Shown here one piece after another: positions 9,519 to 19,519 of a DNA stretch of 64,000 bases. Source of the stretch: Acidobacteriota bacterium (GTDB lineage: Bacteria > Acidobacteriota > CAIWXX01); assembly GCA_040755995.1 (NCBI GenBank), contig JBFMAF010000052.1, forward strand, positions 1 to 64,000, read 5' to 3'. How positions within the stretch are numbered: the first letter of the stretch is position 1; each line of letters opens with the position of its first letter. The notes beneath the pieces were generated by a model. That model saw nothing but the letters and a program-made list of their open reading frames with translations. It was not told the origin of the DNA and did not search any database. The position numbers and the translations under genes were made by a program.

Positions 9519-9740
9519 CCACCGCGCTCCCCGCCGTGTACTGGGGCTTCGTCCCAGACACCACTGTCCGCATGGTACGCCAACTGCGCTGGCAGAGCCA
9601 GTGGTTGGCCGAGCCGACGAGCCGACATTGCACCGGCGAGAGTCGTGTATGCGCGATCGCCGTCGCGGTCGTGATCGTCTTCGTTGTCGGGGTCGACGAC
9701 GGGCTGTGAATCGCCCAGGATCGCGACGTCGAAAAGCAGC

Positions 9741-10697
9741 CTACGGCGCGTAAATGCGCTTGAGCTCCTCGATAGTCGCGACCGTCTTGATCCCCTGCTC
9801 GATCGCCTCGAGCACATCGGCATCGCTGATCTTGCGGATTTCGGGCAACAGCCGCAGACCGTCGGCGCCGAACTTCAGCTGGAGCCCCATCTCGATGGCG
9901 CGGAGCAGCCCCTGCTGCAGCCCTTTCCGCATCCCCTCTTCGATCCATTGATCTGCCAGGGTGCCCACGATTCCACCTCCTTCCCTGGAGAATTGCCCCT
10001 CTACGGCCCTCCGTAGATCGTCGCGGCCGATCTTGTCCGTCCCGCGTGTGACGTATCTCAAGAATACCTCGAGCCACTCGATCGCCTCCTGCCTTTCCGC
10101 GAGCTCAGACAGCAATCGTAGCACGTCCCGAAAGCGCTCCGGCAGGTCATCCTGGAAAATATGCTTCATCAGCAACAGTCCCGCACGCGAAAGCAGCTCC
10201 CCCTTGATGTCCGCGTCGGAGTGACTCGACAGGTCGCAGAGCACATACTCGTAGTCGGGCACCATCCGCTTGAGCTCGAACGGCATCTCGAAGACCGCGT
10301 GCAAATCCACTCCGATATTCCACCCCTCCCGGCCATGATAGACGACGATCGGCACTATTGGTGCGAGCTTTTCGCGCGGGCGCACCCGGCTCTCCCACAC
10401 CCGAAACATGTACCGCAGCAACTGGAAGGCCACCATTGCATCCGGGTAGCTCTTGTGTTCGAAGAGAACGTAAAGATAAGCCATCCGCCCGTCCTTCAGC
10501 CGCGCCCGCCACAACAGGTCAGAGAAATGCTCGCGGAGCTCCTTGTCCACGAACGTGTCCTTCTCTAGCGCCAGGGAGGAGGCGTCGATTCGATCGGCTA
10601 TCTCGGGCGGCAGATAGTGTGCGACGAAATCGCGAACAGTCTCATCGCGCGAGAACAGTTTCTTGAAAAAGCGGTCGTGCGGGTTTGCCAGTTCCAT
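9741..10697 (-). CDS. Rpn-family recombination-promoting nuclease / putative transposase (PD-(D/E)xK, YhgA-like)
   Basis: PHDRFFKKLFS, SDLLW...YLYVLFEHKS, PIVPIVVYHG, and a C-terminal TLADQWIEEGMRKGLQQG tail. Confidence 0.92.
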   Translation of the reverse strand: MELANPHDRFFKKLFSRDETVRDFVAHYLPPEIADRIDASSLALEKDTFVDKELREHFSDLLWRARLKDGRMAYLYVLFEHKSYPDAMVAFQLLRYMFRVWESRVRPREKLAPIVPIVVYHGREGWNIGVDLHAVFEMPFELKRMVPDYEYVLCDLSSHSDADIKGELLSRAGLLLMKHIFQDDLPERFRDVLRLLSELAERQEAIEWLEVFLRYVTRGTDKIGRDDLRRAVEGQFSREGGGIVGTLADQWIEEGMRKGLQQGLLRAIEMGLQLKFGADGLRLLPEIRKISDADVLEAIEQGIKTVATIEELKRIYAP

Positions 10698-11106
10698 CCT
10701 CCGCCCCCTCTTTGGCTCTGCGCATCAATACTACCACGCGCGCCCTGCGCTCGGTACCCCCGTTCTCAGACGTAGGAGCAGCAGCATCGCCCTCCGTGCA
10801 GAACCTTCAGCACGGCCGGCGCAGCCGCCGATGGGGCATGCTGACATGGGGTGACGGTCGCAGGTTCTCCCACACCTTCCACTCGCCATCTTCCCGCGAA
10901 CATGTCGTTCAAGCGGGAAGCGCGTGCTCCTCCTCCAGTCCTCCAGTCGGGGCGCTTGCAATCGGATCAGAATCATTCATTCCCGTGATGTCCCATTTCG
11001 GCTATCATGGTTATTGGCCCGACCAAGGCAGCAAGCGCGGCGCGGCATCGACTTTGCACGCGTGAACGTAGAGGTCGAGCCGTCGGCTCGGGACGGAATA
11101 TTGCCG

Positions 11107-11128
11107 TGTTAAGTTCTTGTTAAGTTCT
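11107..11128. promoter_or_regulatory. Pho-box-like tandem direct repeat upstream of pstS
   Basis: TGTTAAGTTCT twice in a perfect 11-bp period (reverse complement contains TTAACA-N5-TTAACA). Confidence 0.8.
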
Positions 11129-11202
11129 GCGCCTCGCGGGTCTGAAGACAGGGCGCCGCGGTACAATCGCGCTGTCAGGAATTGTCGTCGGAGGCGGGGA
11201 GA

Positions 11203-12090
11203 ATGAGCAAGCAAGCGATAGTCGTACTGGGACTGGCCGTTATGGTGGGAACACCGGCGGCCTGCAAGCGGCCCGAGCAGAAGGGTGGAGCCGCCGGCCT
11301 CGCGGCGTTGCAGATCAAGGGATCGGACACTATGGTGAATCTCGGGCAGGCCTGGGCGCAGGAGTTCACGAAGGGGCACCCGGAGGCCAATGTTGCGGTG
11401 ACCGGGGGAGGTTCCGGCACGGGCATTGCGGCGTTGATCAACGGGACGGCCGACATCTGCGAGTCGTCGCGGGTAATGGAGGCCAAGGAGTTGACGCTGG
11501 CGGCGGAGAAGGGAGTGAGCCCTCGCGAGCACATCGTGGCATTGGACGGCCTTGCCGTCATCGTGCATCCGTCCAATCCGGTCTCGCGGCTCACCATCGC
11601 ACAGCTACGCGACATCTTCATGGGCCGTCTCACGGACTGGAAGGATGTGGGCGGCAATCCAGGCACGATCGTCGTGCTCTCGCGCGAGGTGAACTCCGGA
11701 ACCCACGTGTTCTTCAAGGAGCACGTGCTCCGCATGGGGAACGCCAAGGGCGCGGAGGAATTTGCGCCGTCGGCGCTGCTGATGCCGTCCTCGCAGGCGA
11801 TTGCCGACGAGGCGGCGCAGAATCCGCAAGCAATCGGGTACTACGGCATGGGCTACATCTCACCGTCGCAGAAAGTCATCGCCGTCGCCAAGACCGACAA
11901 AGACCCCTACGTGGCTCCGGCCACTTCCTCCGTCCTTGACAACAGCTACCCGATCTCGCGCCCGCTGTACCTGTACACGAACGGAGAGCCCAAGGGGCTG
12001 GTGAAGGAGTTCGTCGATTTCGCCTTCTCCGCCGAGGGTCAGGCCGTCGTCTCCAAGATCGAGTTCGTGCCGATCAAGCGACAGTCGTAG
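11203..12090 (+). CDS. pstS: Phosphate ABC transporter substrate-binding lipoprotein
   Basis: IKGSDTM, GGGSGTGIAALING, SREVNSGT, YPISRPLY motifs; Cys after the signal peptide. Confidence 0.95.
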   Translation: MSKQAIVVLGLAVMVGTPAACKRPEQKGGAAGLAALQIKGSDTMVNLGQAWAQEFTKGHPEANVAVTGGGSGTGIAALINGTADICESSRVMEAKELTLAAEKGVSPREHIVALDGLAVIVHPSNPVSRLTIAQLRDIFMGRLTDWKDVGGNPGTIVVLSREVNSGTHVFFKEHVLRMGNAKGAEEFAPSALLMPSSQAIADEAAQNPQAIGYYGMGYISPSQKVIAVAKTDKDPYVAPATSSVLDNSYPISRPLYLYTNGEPKGLVKEFVDFAFSAEGQAVVSKIEFVPIKRQS

Positions 12091-12105
12091 CCGGGGCTTC
12101 ATTCG

Positions 12106-12981
12106 ATGCCGACGAGTCGCAAGCTGAGAGAATTCTGCATCGAGAAGACGATAGTCCTTTGCGGCATGGCCGCGGTCGTTTTCGTCATACTGATATTCGT
12201 GTTCCTGCTGCGAGAGGGGGTCTCGCTGTTCTGGCAGGTTCCTCTCTCCGAGTTTCTGGCCGGAACGCACTGGTACCCGATCTCCGAGCCGCCTCGCTTC
12301 GGCATCCTCCCGCTTATCCTGGGATCATTGATCGTCACGGCCGGAGCCGCATGCCTGGCGGTGCCCGTCGGTGTGATGAGCGCGTTGTACATCGCCGAGG
12401 TCGCTCCGTCCGGCACCCGCGACGTGATGAAGGCCGGCATCGAGATGCTCGCGGCCATTCCCAGCGTGGTCATCGGTTTCATCGGCATGGTGACTCTGGT
12501 CCCGTTCGTGAAGACGCTGTTCGGGCTTCCGACGGGCCTCACCGCCCTCTCCGGCGCAATCATGCTCGGGTTCATGGCAATGCCGACAATCGTGTCGATT
12601 GCGGAGGACGCCATAGCCGCAGTACCCGTCGAGTACAAGCACGGAGCCCTGGCTCTCGGCGCCACACGATGGCAGACGCTCTACCGGGTCGTGCTCCCTG
12701 CGGCCGCGCCCGGCATACTGGCCGCGATCATGTTGGGAATCGGGCGCGTGATCGGCGAGACCATGGCGGTCATGATGATCACCGGCAACTCGGCGGTCAT
12801 ACCCAGGTCCCTGCTGACGCCCGTCCGCACCATGACGGCCACCATCGCCGCCGAAATGGGCGAGACGGTCAAGGGTAGCCCGCACTACCAGGCGCTCTTC
12901 GCAATCGGCATCGTTCTGTTTGCCATCACGTTCGTCGTGAACCTGGTGGCCGACGTTTTCATGCACAAGATCCGGCGGTAG
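12106..12981 (+). CDS. pstC: Phosphate ABC transporter permease
   Basis: LAAIPSVVIG, GRVIGETMAV motifs; operon position. Confidence 0.95.
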   Translation: MPTSRKLREFCIEKTIVLCGMAAVVFVILIFVFLLREGVSLFWQVPLSEFLAGTHWYPISEPPRFGILPLILGSLIVTAGAACLAVPVGVMSALYIAEVAPSGTRDVMKAGIEMLAAIPSVVIGFIGMVTLVPFVKTLFGLPTGLTALSGAIMLGFMAMPTIVSIAEDAIAAVPVEYKHGALALGATRWQTLYRVVLPAAAPGILAAIMLGIGRVIGETMAVMMITGNSAVIPRSLLTPVRTMTATIAAEMGETVKGSPHYQALFAIGIVLFAITFVVNLVADVFMHKIRR

Positions 12982-12983
12982 GA

Positions 12984-13829
12984 ATGCGTCCGAAGACCGC
13001 AGAGAAGATCGGCTTCAGCGCCCTGTTCCTGGGTACCTGTCTCGTCATTGTTCCAGTGGTGATTGTGCTGGTGGTCATAGTCAAGAAGGGAGCTGGTGCG
13101 GTCAGCTGGGAGTTCCTCAGCGCAGCGCCTCTCGACGGCATGCGCGCCGGAGGCATCTTTCCCGCCATCTTGGGAACACTCATACTCGTCAGCGGGGCCG
13201 TCTCGATCGCGCTCCCGATCGGCGTGCTCGCGGCCGTCTACCTCAACGAGTACGCGAGCGCCGGACGGCTGACGCGCATCATCCGTCTGGCCATCATCAA
13301 CCTCGCCGGCGTTCCCTCCGTCGTGTACGGTCTCTTCGGCCTCGGCCTCTTCGTCGGCTTCCTAGGCTTCGGCGTCTCCATCATCGCGGGGTGCTGCACT
13401 CTCGCCATCATGGAGCTGCCGGTCATCATCACGGCATCGCGCGAAGCGCTGAACAGCGTGCCGCAGTCATTCCGCGAGGTGAGCCTGTCGCTGGGGGCCA
13501 GCAGGTGGCAGACCATCCGGAACGTGGTCCTCCCCAACGCCCTGCCCGGCATCATGACCGGGACGATCCTCAGCGTGGCGCGTGTCGCCGGCGAGACGGC
13601 GCCGATCCTCTTCACCGTCGCGGCCTTTTACCTGCCCCACCTGCCGAAATCGATATTCGATCAGACGATGGCTCTCCCGTACCACCTCTATATCATCTCG
13701 ACTCAAATCCCAGGCATGCCTCGGGACCTGACCTTCGGGACGGCGCTCGTGCTCGTGACGATGGTCTTCCTGATGAACCTGGCCGCGATCTTCGTGCGGA
13801 TCTACTTCCGCCGGAAAAAGCTGTGGTAG
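12984..13829 (+). CDS. pstA: Phosphate ABC transporter permease
   Basis: GGIFPAILGT, LAGVPSVVYGLFG, ARVAGETAP motifs. Confidence 0.95.
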   Translation: MRPKTAEKIGFSALFLGTCLVIVPVVIVLVVIVKKGAGAVSWEFLSAAPLDGMRAGGIFPAILGTLILVSGAVSIALPIGVLAAVYLNEYASAGRLTRIIRLAIINLAGVPSVVYGLFGLGLFVGFLGFGVSIIAGCCTLAIMELPVIITASREALNSVPQSFREVSLSLGASRWQTIRNVVLPNALPGIMTGTILSVARVAGETAPILFTVAAFYLPHLPKSIFDQTMALPYHLYIISTQIPGMPRDLTFGTALVLVTMVFLMNLAAIFVRIYFRRKKLW

Positions 13830-14596
13830 ACGGACCCGGCGGCTACGAGAACGACATAGTCTGCAGGGACCTGCACGTGCTATTCGGCGATCGCCGCGCG
13901 CTGTCCGGGGTCAACATCACGGTCCGCCATGGAGAGATCCTCGGCATCATCGGTCCCGCCAACAGCGGCAAGACCACGTTCCTCCGAACGCTGAACCGCC
14001 TGAACGAGCGGGAACGAGCCTTCCGGGCGCATGGGACGGTGCTGTTGAAGGGGGCGGACATCTTTTCTCAGATCGACGCCGCCACCCTCCGGAAGCGCGT
14101 CGGGATGATCTTCGCTCTGCCAGTGCCGCTTCCGATGACCGTCTTCGACAACGTGGCCTATGGACCAAGGCTCCATGGGATCGCGTCGCGAGGCGCGCTG
14201 GATGCCATCGTGGAGAAGAGCCTGCGCTCGGCTTTTCTGTGGGACGAGGTGAAGGACCGGCTGCATGAATCCGCTTTCAAGCTCTCTGGAGGCCAGCAGC
14301 AACGGCTGTGCATCTCCAGGACCCTCGCCGTGGGTCCTGAGGTCATCCTCTACGACGAACCCTGTTCCGGGTTGGATCCGATCTCGACCGCGCGGGTCGA
14401 GGAGTCCATGATCGAGCTGAAGAAGGACTACACGATCATCCTCGTCACCAACAACGTCAAGCAGGCCGCTCGCGTCAGCGATCGGACGGCATTCTTCCTC
14501 ATGGGCGAGCTGGTGGAGCTCGCCGAGACGGGTGCTCTGTTCACCGCCCCCTCGGATCCGCGCACGGAACAGTACATCAGCGGCAAGTTCGGCTAG
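13823..14596 (+). CDS. pstB: Phosphate ABC transporter ATPase, copy 1 (H-loop His replaced by Asn)
   Basis: GTG start overlapping the pstA stop; [44 protein letters not shown]. Confidence 0.9.
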   Translation: MVDGPGGYENDIVCRDLHVLFGDRRALSGVNITVRHGEILGIIGPANSGKTTFLRTLNRLNERERAFRAHGTVLLKGADIFSQIDAATLRKRVGMIFALPVPLPMTVFDNVAYGPRLHGIASRGALDAIVEKSLRSAFLWDEVKDRLHESAFKLSGGQQQRLCISRTLAVGPEVILYDEPCSGLDPISTARVEESMIELKKDYTIILVTNNVKQAARVSDRTAFFLMGELVELAETGALFTAPSDPRTEQYISGKFG

Positions 14597-14603
14597 AGCC
14601 ACC

Positions 14604-15356
14604 ATGAGCGTTATCCAGACACGAGATCTCAACCTGCACTACGGCTCGTTCCACGCCCTTATCGGGATCACCATGACGATACAGCCGCAGCGGATTACTT
14701 CCATCATCGGTCCATCGGGCTGCGGCAAGTCGACACTGCTGCGGACGTTCAATCGCATGAACGAGCTGATCCAGGGGGTGAGAATCACGGGCGAGGTCGT
14801 CGTGGAGGGGACCAACGTCTATTCTCCGGAGTGCAACGTCGAGCAGTTGCGCCAGCGAGGTGGAATGGTATTCCAGCGCCCCAACCCTTTCCCCCTGTCC
14901 GTCTTCGAGAACGTGGCGTTTGGTCCGAGGATTCACAAGACGGCCAGGGGAGAGGAGCTGGAACGAATCGTGGAAGAGAGCCTGCGGGCCGTCCTGTTGT
15001 GGGACGGTCTCAAGGACCGCCTGCGCGAGACGGCCCTCGCGCTCTCCCTCGAGCAGAAGCAGCGGCTCTGCATCGCCCGGGCCATCGCGGCCCGGCCGAG
15101 GATCCTCCTCATGGACGAACCCTGCTCGGCGCTCGATCCCATCGCCACGGCGAAGATCGAGGAGCTGATGTTGGAGCTGAAGACCAACTACACAATCGTC
15201 ATCGTCACCCACAACATGCAGCAGGCGGCGCGCATCTCAGACGACACCGGGTTCATGCTCTTGGGGGAGCTGATCGAATTCGGCACGACAAGCCAGGTGT
15301 TCACGGCGCCCGGGGACGAGCGAACCGAGCGGTACATCACGGGCCGTTTCGGTTAG
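14604..15356 (+). CDS. pstB: Phosphate ABC transporter ATPase, copy 2 (degenerate signature motif)
   Basis: [55 protein letters not shown]. Confidence 0.93.
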   Translation: MSVIQTRDLNLHYGSFHALIGITMTIQPQRITSIIGPSGCGKSTLLRTFNRMNELIQGVRITGEVVVEGTNVYSPECNVEQLRQRGGMVFQRPNPFPLSVFENVAFGPRIHKTARGEELERIVEESLRAVLLWDGLKDRLRETALALSLEQKQRLCIARAIAARPRILLMDEPCSALDPIATAKIEELMLELKTNYTIVIVTHNMQQAARISDDTGFMLLGELIEFGTTSQVFTAPGDERTERYITGRFG

Positions 15357-15412
15357 AATCTGGGGAGGGCTCACAGGAGCTTGAACGGGGTGCCAATCGC
15401 AGGGAAGGATTT

Positions 15413-16081
15413 ATGGAGACTCACTTTCACGAGGAACTGGGCAGGCTGTGCGACAAGCTGCTACAGATGGCCAGCCTGGCCGAGCGGATGGTGCAGCTCA
15501 GCGTGCAGGCGCTGGTCGCGCGCGATGAGGAGATGAGGAGGAAGGTCTTCGTCACCGAAGACGAGGTCAATCGGCTCCACCTCGAAATCGACGACCGCTG
15601 CTGCAGGCTCCTGGCGCTCCACCAGCCCGTCGCCAACGACCTTCGCACAATCCTGGCCGCGCTCAAGATGTGCAGCGACCTTGAACGGATCGGAGACCAG
15701 GCCGTCAACATCGCGCAACAGGCCGCCGGCCTCATCCAACAACCCCCCGTCAAGCCGCTCGTCGACCTGCCTCGCATGTCCGAGATCGCGCAGCTGATGG
15801 TGAAGGAATCGATCGACTCCTTCGTCCACCGGGACGAGGGCATGGCCCGCCGCGTCGTGTTGCGGGACGACGAGGTGGACGGTCTGAAGGATCAGATCTT
15901 CCGCGAGCTGCTGACCTACATCATGCAAGACCCCACCGTCACCGCCAGGGCCATCGCCTTGATCTTGATCTCGCGCAGCCTCGAGCGCGTCGCCGACCAC
16001 GCCACCAACATCGCCGAGGACGTCATCTTCATGATCAGGGCCAAGGACATCCGCCACCACGCCGAGGAAGCGCGTCCCTGA
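15413..16081 (+). CDS. phoU: Phosphate signalling complex protein
   Basis: QPVANDLR, DLERIGDQAVNIA, LERVADHATNIAEDV motifs. Confidence 0.95.
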   Translation: METHFHEELGRLCDKLLQMASLAERMVQLSVQALVARDEEMRRKVFVTEDEVNRLHLEIDDRCCRLLALHQPVANDLRTILAALKMCSDLERIGDQAVNIAQQAAGLIQQPPVKPLVDLPRMSEIAQLMVKESIDSFVHRDEGMARRVVLRDDEVDGLKDQIFRELLTYIMQDPTVTARAIALILISRSLERVADHATNIAEDVIFMIRAKDIRHHAEEARP

Positions 16082-16088
16082 GTCCGCG

Positions 16089-16275
16089 CACATCAGGGCC
16101 CCGGGACAGAAGCCGGCGCCGGAACGCAAGGTGACAATGGAGTTGCGGCTGCCCCACGACTTCACACCGGCGCACGCGACATCTGGACGCCGTCTGGCGC
16201 CGATTCCTACGTGAGCCTCTCCGGGCGCGAGTCACCTTCTCCGTGAAGAACCATGTGGTGATCGTGTTCGAGTAG
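16089..16275 (+). pseudogene. Scrambled 3'-end remnant of a paralog of the 5087-7141 hydrolase gene
   Basis: Three pieces: HIRAPGQKPAPERKVTMELRLPHDFTP, DIWTPSGADSYVSLSG and ARVTFSVKNHVVIVFE*, matching about 6936-7026, 6815-6866 and 7086-7141. Confidence 0.85.
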
Positions 16276-16386
16276 GTGGCGGGGTCGGAGGCAGACTGCC
16301 TCATCGGCCAAAGCACAACGGATAGCCGGCCGGCGGACTCGTGGCGGAAGTCCACCCGCACCCACGAATCCATGTAGAATTGCGGC

Positions 16387-17601
16387 ATGCAGACAATACC
16401 TTTCGTCCGCGGCCTCGCCCAACTCGCAACCGACGGGACCCTCGGCGTCACCGCCGTCGTGGAGATGATGCACCGTGACATCGCGGGCTTCGGCGCCGCA
16501 CCCGAGCTCTGGCAGCGGACCCTCACTAGGTTTGTGTACGGGCTCGTCCGCGGAGGCATGAGCCTGAGTGGCAAGACGCTGGACGTGGCCCTCGGCGCAG
16601 CCGAACGCTGGCTGACCCTGCCGAGCAACGCGGCGGCGGAGACCCTCCTGGACGACCTCGCATGCGCGCTCAACGGCGCATTTGGGGATCATCTGGAGGC
16701 GAGCCGCAACCCGTTGGCGATCGCCATGCAGTTGCGGACTCTGGGAGGCGAGTTGCAGGCGGAGCGGGCCGCGCTGGCACGGGCGTTCCCCGGGGCACCG
16801 CGACGGCTCCTGCTGTTCGTGCACGGTCTCTGCCTCGACGAGCGATGTTGGAGCGGGACGGGGGGGACGCACCCCGCCGCCGCGCTGGCCGACCGCCTCC
16901 GATACGCATGTGTGTTTGCGCGTTACAACACGGGGCGTCACGTCTCGGTCAATGGCCGTGAGATGGCCGTGCTGCTCGACCGCCTCGTCGCAGAATGGCC
17001 GGCACCGTTGGAGGAGATCTCAATCGTGTCGCACAGCATGGGCGGCCTGGTCGTTCGAAGTGCCTGTCACTACGCCCGGCAGGACGGACTTGGCTGGACC
17101 CAGCGGCTGCGGACCGCCGTATACCTTGGGACACCTCACCACGGCGCGCCGTTCGAGAGGCTGGGGCAGCTCGCCACGGCCAGCCTCGCCTGGGCCCCCT
17201 ACACGCGGGCGCTCTCACTCCTGGGCATGGCGCGGAGCGCCGGCGTCAAAGACTTGCGCCACGGCAATCTGCTGGACGAAGACTGGCAGGCGAGAGACCC
17301 GGATACGAGCGTCGGCGACCACCGCCGCCCAGTTCCCCTGCTTCCTGGTGTCCGTCACTGCATGGCCGCAGCCACACTGGAACAGCCGGGATCGACGAAC
17401 ACCGTGTCGGCGATGCTCGGCGACATGCTTGTCCGCGTGCCGAGCGCCACGGGCCTTTGCTCCGACCCAGCTCGTTGTCTCGACGTGCCGCCGGAGCAGC
17501 GACGAGTGTTCATGGGCATGGGCCACTTCGAGATGCTTCGCCATCCAGAAGTCTATGCGCAGGTCGAGCGCTGGCTCCTCGCCGAACCTGGCGGCGCCTG
17601 A
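16387..17601 (+). CDS. Alpha/beta hydrolase (PGAP1-like esterase/lipase)
   Basis: FVHGLC, RYNTGRHVSVNG, SHSMGG nucleophile, LGTPHHGAP, GDMLV, GHFEML. Confidence 0.9.
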   Translation: MQTIPFVRGLAQLATDGTLGVTAVVEMMHRDIAGFGAAPELWQRTLTRFVYGLVRGGMSLSGKTLDVALGAAERWLTLPSNAAAETLLDDLACALNGAFGDHLEASRNPLAIAMQLRTLGGELQAERAALARAFPGAPRRLLLFVHGLCLDERCWSGTGGTHPAAALADRLRYACVFARYNTGRHVSVNGREMAVLLDRLVAEWPAPLEEISIVSHSMGGLVVRSACHYARQDGLGWTQRLRTAVYLGTPHHGAPFERLGQLATASLAWAPYTRALSLLGMARSAGVKDLRHGNLLDEDWQARDPDTSVGDHRRPVPLLPGVRHCMAAATLEQPGSTNTVSAMLGDMLVRVPSATGLCSDPARCLDVPPEQRRVFMGMGHFEMLRHPEVYAQVERWLLAEPGGA

Positions 17602-17649
17602 GCTTCGGCGATCGGGCTTCATAATGCGTCGGGGCTGGAGATGGATGCG

Positions 17650-19497
17650 TCACCTCTGATTCGGCGAGAACAAGCCCCGCCCTCCGCCAACTGCTGGGGA
17701 GGGTGCGAACACCGTAAAGTTCTCCAGTACCAGCACGGCCTCGTAGTTCTCCTTTGTGGCAACCTCGACCGGCTCGTTTGGCAGACGGTCGACACCGAAG
17801 CGTATGATGCGCGGATCCCCCCACCGTAAGAGAGTCTCGACAGCCCGGTCCCGCACAATGAGTGCCGGGCGGCGCTCTTCGATCATACGGACGATCTCAG
17901 CATTCTGGGCGACCGAAAGATATCCCGGCAAGCCTCGATTGAACCGGCTCGCGGGGCTTCGTTGTGTCACTGCATAGAGGTGTGGCGACCAATAGTAGAC
18001 GAGAATTGGATCGTGTGGCGAAGTTGTCGTCACGACGTACTCGACTACGGTGGTCAGGTCCTCGGCCAACTGCCGTTTGAGTGTCCAGAATTCACCGAGA
18101 TCCGTTCGGACGAATGCGCGCCTGTGACTCGCCCGCAGCGCCACAGTCGTTGTGGTAATAAGCCTGTCCACCGTATCGGCATAGAGCAGAGCAAGTGGTA
18201 CAAGAAGCGCCGCGGTCGCAAACCGGCATACGGTGCGGATGAAGCGAGCCGCCGGCTCTCCGCGAGGCCGGCGATCGGCGACCGGCAGGGGTGACCCGTC
18301 CCGGATCCCAGGTCGTACCCATTTGAGCAGGTCGCCCAGGTACGGACTGGCGAGGAACTCCACGAGGAAGACGAGGCTGAGGCAGCCGTTCTGCGTGAGC
18401 CTCGCCTCACTCGCCTCCACCAGCGTCCCACATAACAGGAGAGCCGCAATCATCCAGAGAATCGCCCGTGGTGCGGCTTCCCGGACGGCAGCCCGCCTGT
18501 CCGGCGCCCGTCGCAGGACCCGTGCGACCGGTATGAGACCGAGAAGGAGACCGATTGGGGGGCCGTACCAGATCAGGGCGAGGCGGGTGAGATCGCGGAA
18601 GGATTTCCAGGAAGGGCATTCCCCCCATGCCTCGGCCATCACGCGGCCTCCTTCCTCAAAGTACGGCCGCCAATGATACGGGCGGTATACTTCGATCGGC
18701 CAGACGATCGTTCTCTCCCAGGCCGCATCGAGCGCTCCATTCACCGTCAGATAGCCGACCAGGGCCGCGATTGGAACAACGAAGCCCGCGGCGAACCCGG
18801 CCAGCCCGCGCCAGCGGTGAATACCGGCGCACCATGGGAGAACGAGGACCAGCCATATCAAGGCGATGCCCGAGACGCCGAATCCGATGTGTTGCGTCGT
18901 ACAAACGGTGGCCGCCGCGGCCAGGCCCAGCAGGAACGCGTAGGCCGTCCGGCCGGATTCGGCATAGCGCACGAGCAGCCAGCCGCAAACCAGGACTCCG
19001 ACTCGGTTGAGCAGGTTCTGGTGAATGGACCACCAGAAGCGCTGCTTCGCCATGAGCAGGTACAACAGCGTGGGAAGGAAGCTGAGCAACGGTTTCTTCA
19101 GGACGCGCTGCGAGAGACCGTAGACCAGCCAGAGCTCCAGGACGCAGAGAACGAAAAGACTCTGGCGCACGGGCTTCACGGTGGGAGCGAACACGGACCA
19201 GATCCACTTGATGTAGAAGAACGTCCCGGGCGTAGCAAACTCGAAGAAGTCCCGGTAGATCACCTCGCCGCGGATCAGCCTCTGGGCATCGCAGTAGTAG
19301 AACCCCTCATCCCAGCCGAAGAGGGAATCACGAAGGAGGAATGACGAGAGGAAGGCAGTCAAGGCCAGCAGCACGTACGGCCATGCGCTGAGCAGCAAGC
19401 CAAGCCAGCTCGGCCGCTGCGGACGGCGTCCGGCGCAAAGGGTCTGGCTCGCGGCGAAACCGCCGGACTTCACAGTCATCGTCATTTCCAGGCGCAT
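17650..19497 (-). CDS. GT-C fold (ArnT/PMT-like) multi-pass membrane glycosyltransferase, paralog 4
   Basis: WDEGFY...IYRDFFEFATPG in the first loop, many TM segments, C-terminal extracytoplasmic domain; start codon uncertain. Confidence 0.75.
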   Translation of the reverse strand: MRLEMTMTVKSGGFAASQTLCAGRRPQRPSWLGLLLSAWPYVLLALTAFLSSFLLRDSLFGWDEGFYYCDAQRLIRGEVIYRDFFEFATPGTFFYIKWIWSVFAPTVKPVRQSLFVLCVLELWLVYGLSQRVLKKPLLSFLPTLLYLLMAKQRFWWSIHQNLLNRVGVLVCGWLLVRYAESGRTAYAFLLGLAAAATVCTTQHIGFGVSGIALIWLVLVLPWCAGIHRWRGLAGFAAGFVVPIAALVGYLTVNGALDAAWERTIVWPIEVYRPYHWRPYFEEGGRVMAEAWGECPSWKSFRDLTRLALIWYGPPIGLLLGLIPVARVLRRAPDRRAAVREAAPRAILWMIAALLLCGTLVEASEARLTQNGCLSLVFLVEFLASPYLGDLLKWVRPGIRDGSPLPVADRRPRGEPAARFIRTVCRFATAALLVPLALLYADTVDRLITTTTVALRASHRRAFVRTDLGEFWTLKRQLAEDLTTVVEYVVTTTSPHDPILVYYWSPHLYAVTQRSPASRFNRGLPGYLSVAQNAEIVRMIEERRPALIVRDRAVETLLRWGDPRIIRFGVDRLPNEPVEVATKENYEAVLVLENFTVFAPSPAVGGGRGLFSPNQR

Positions 19498-19519
19498 GCG
19501 CGCGCAGCGCGGAGCCCAC

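Noticed and set aside
13391..13822. N-terminal extensions in the ORF track for pstB (13391), phoU (14831), pilN (46485), lpxC (40028) and the hydrolase (4922)
   Set aside because: They overlap upstream genes or lack homology; downstream starts with an RBS or stop-start coupling fit better.
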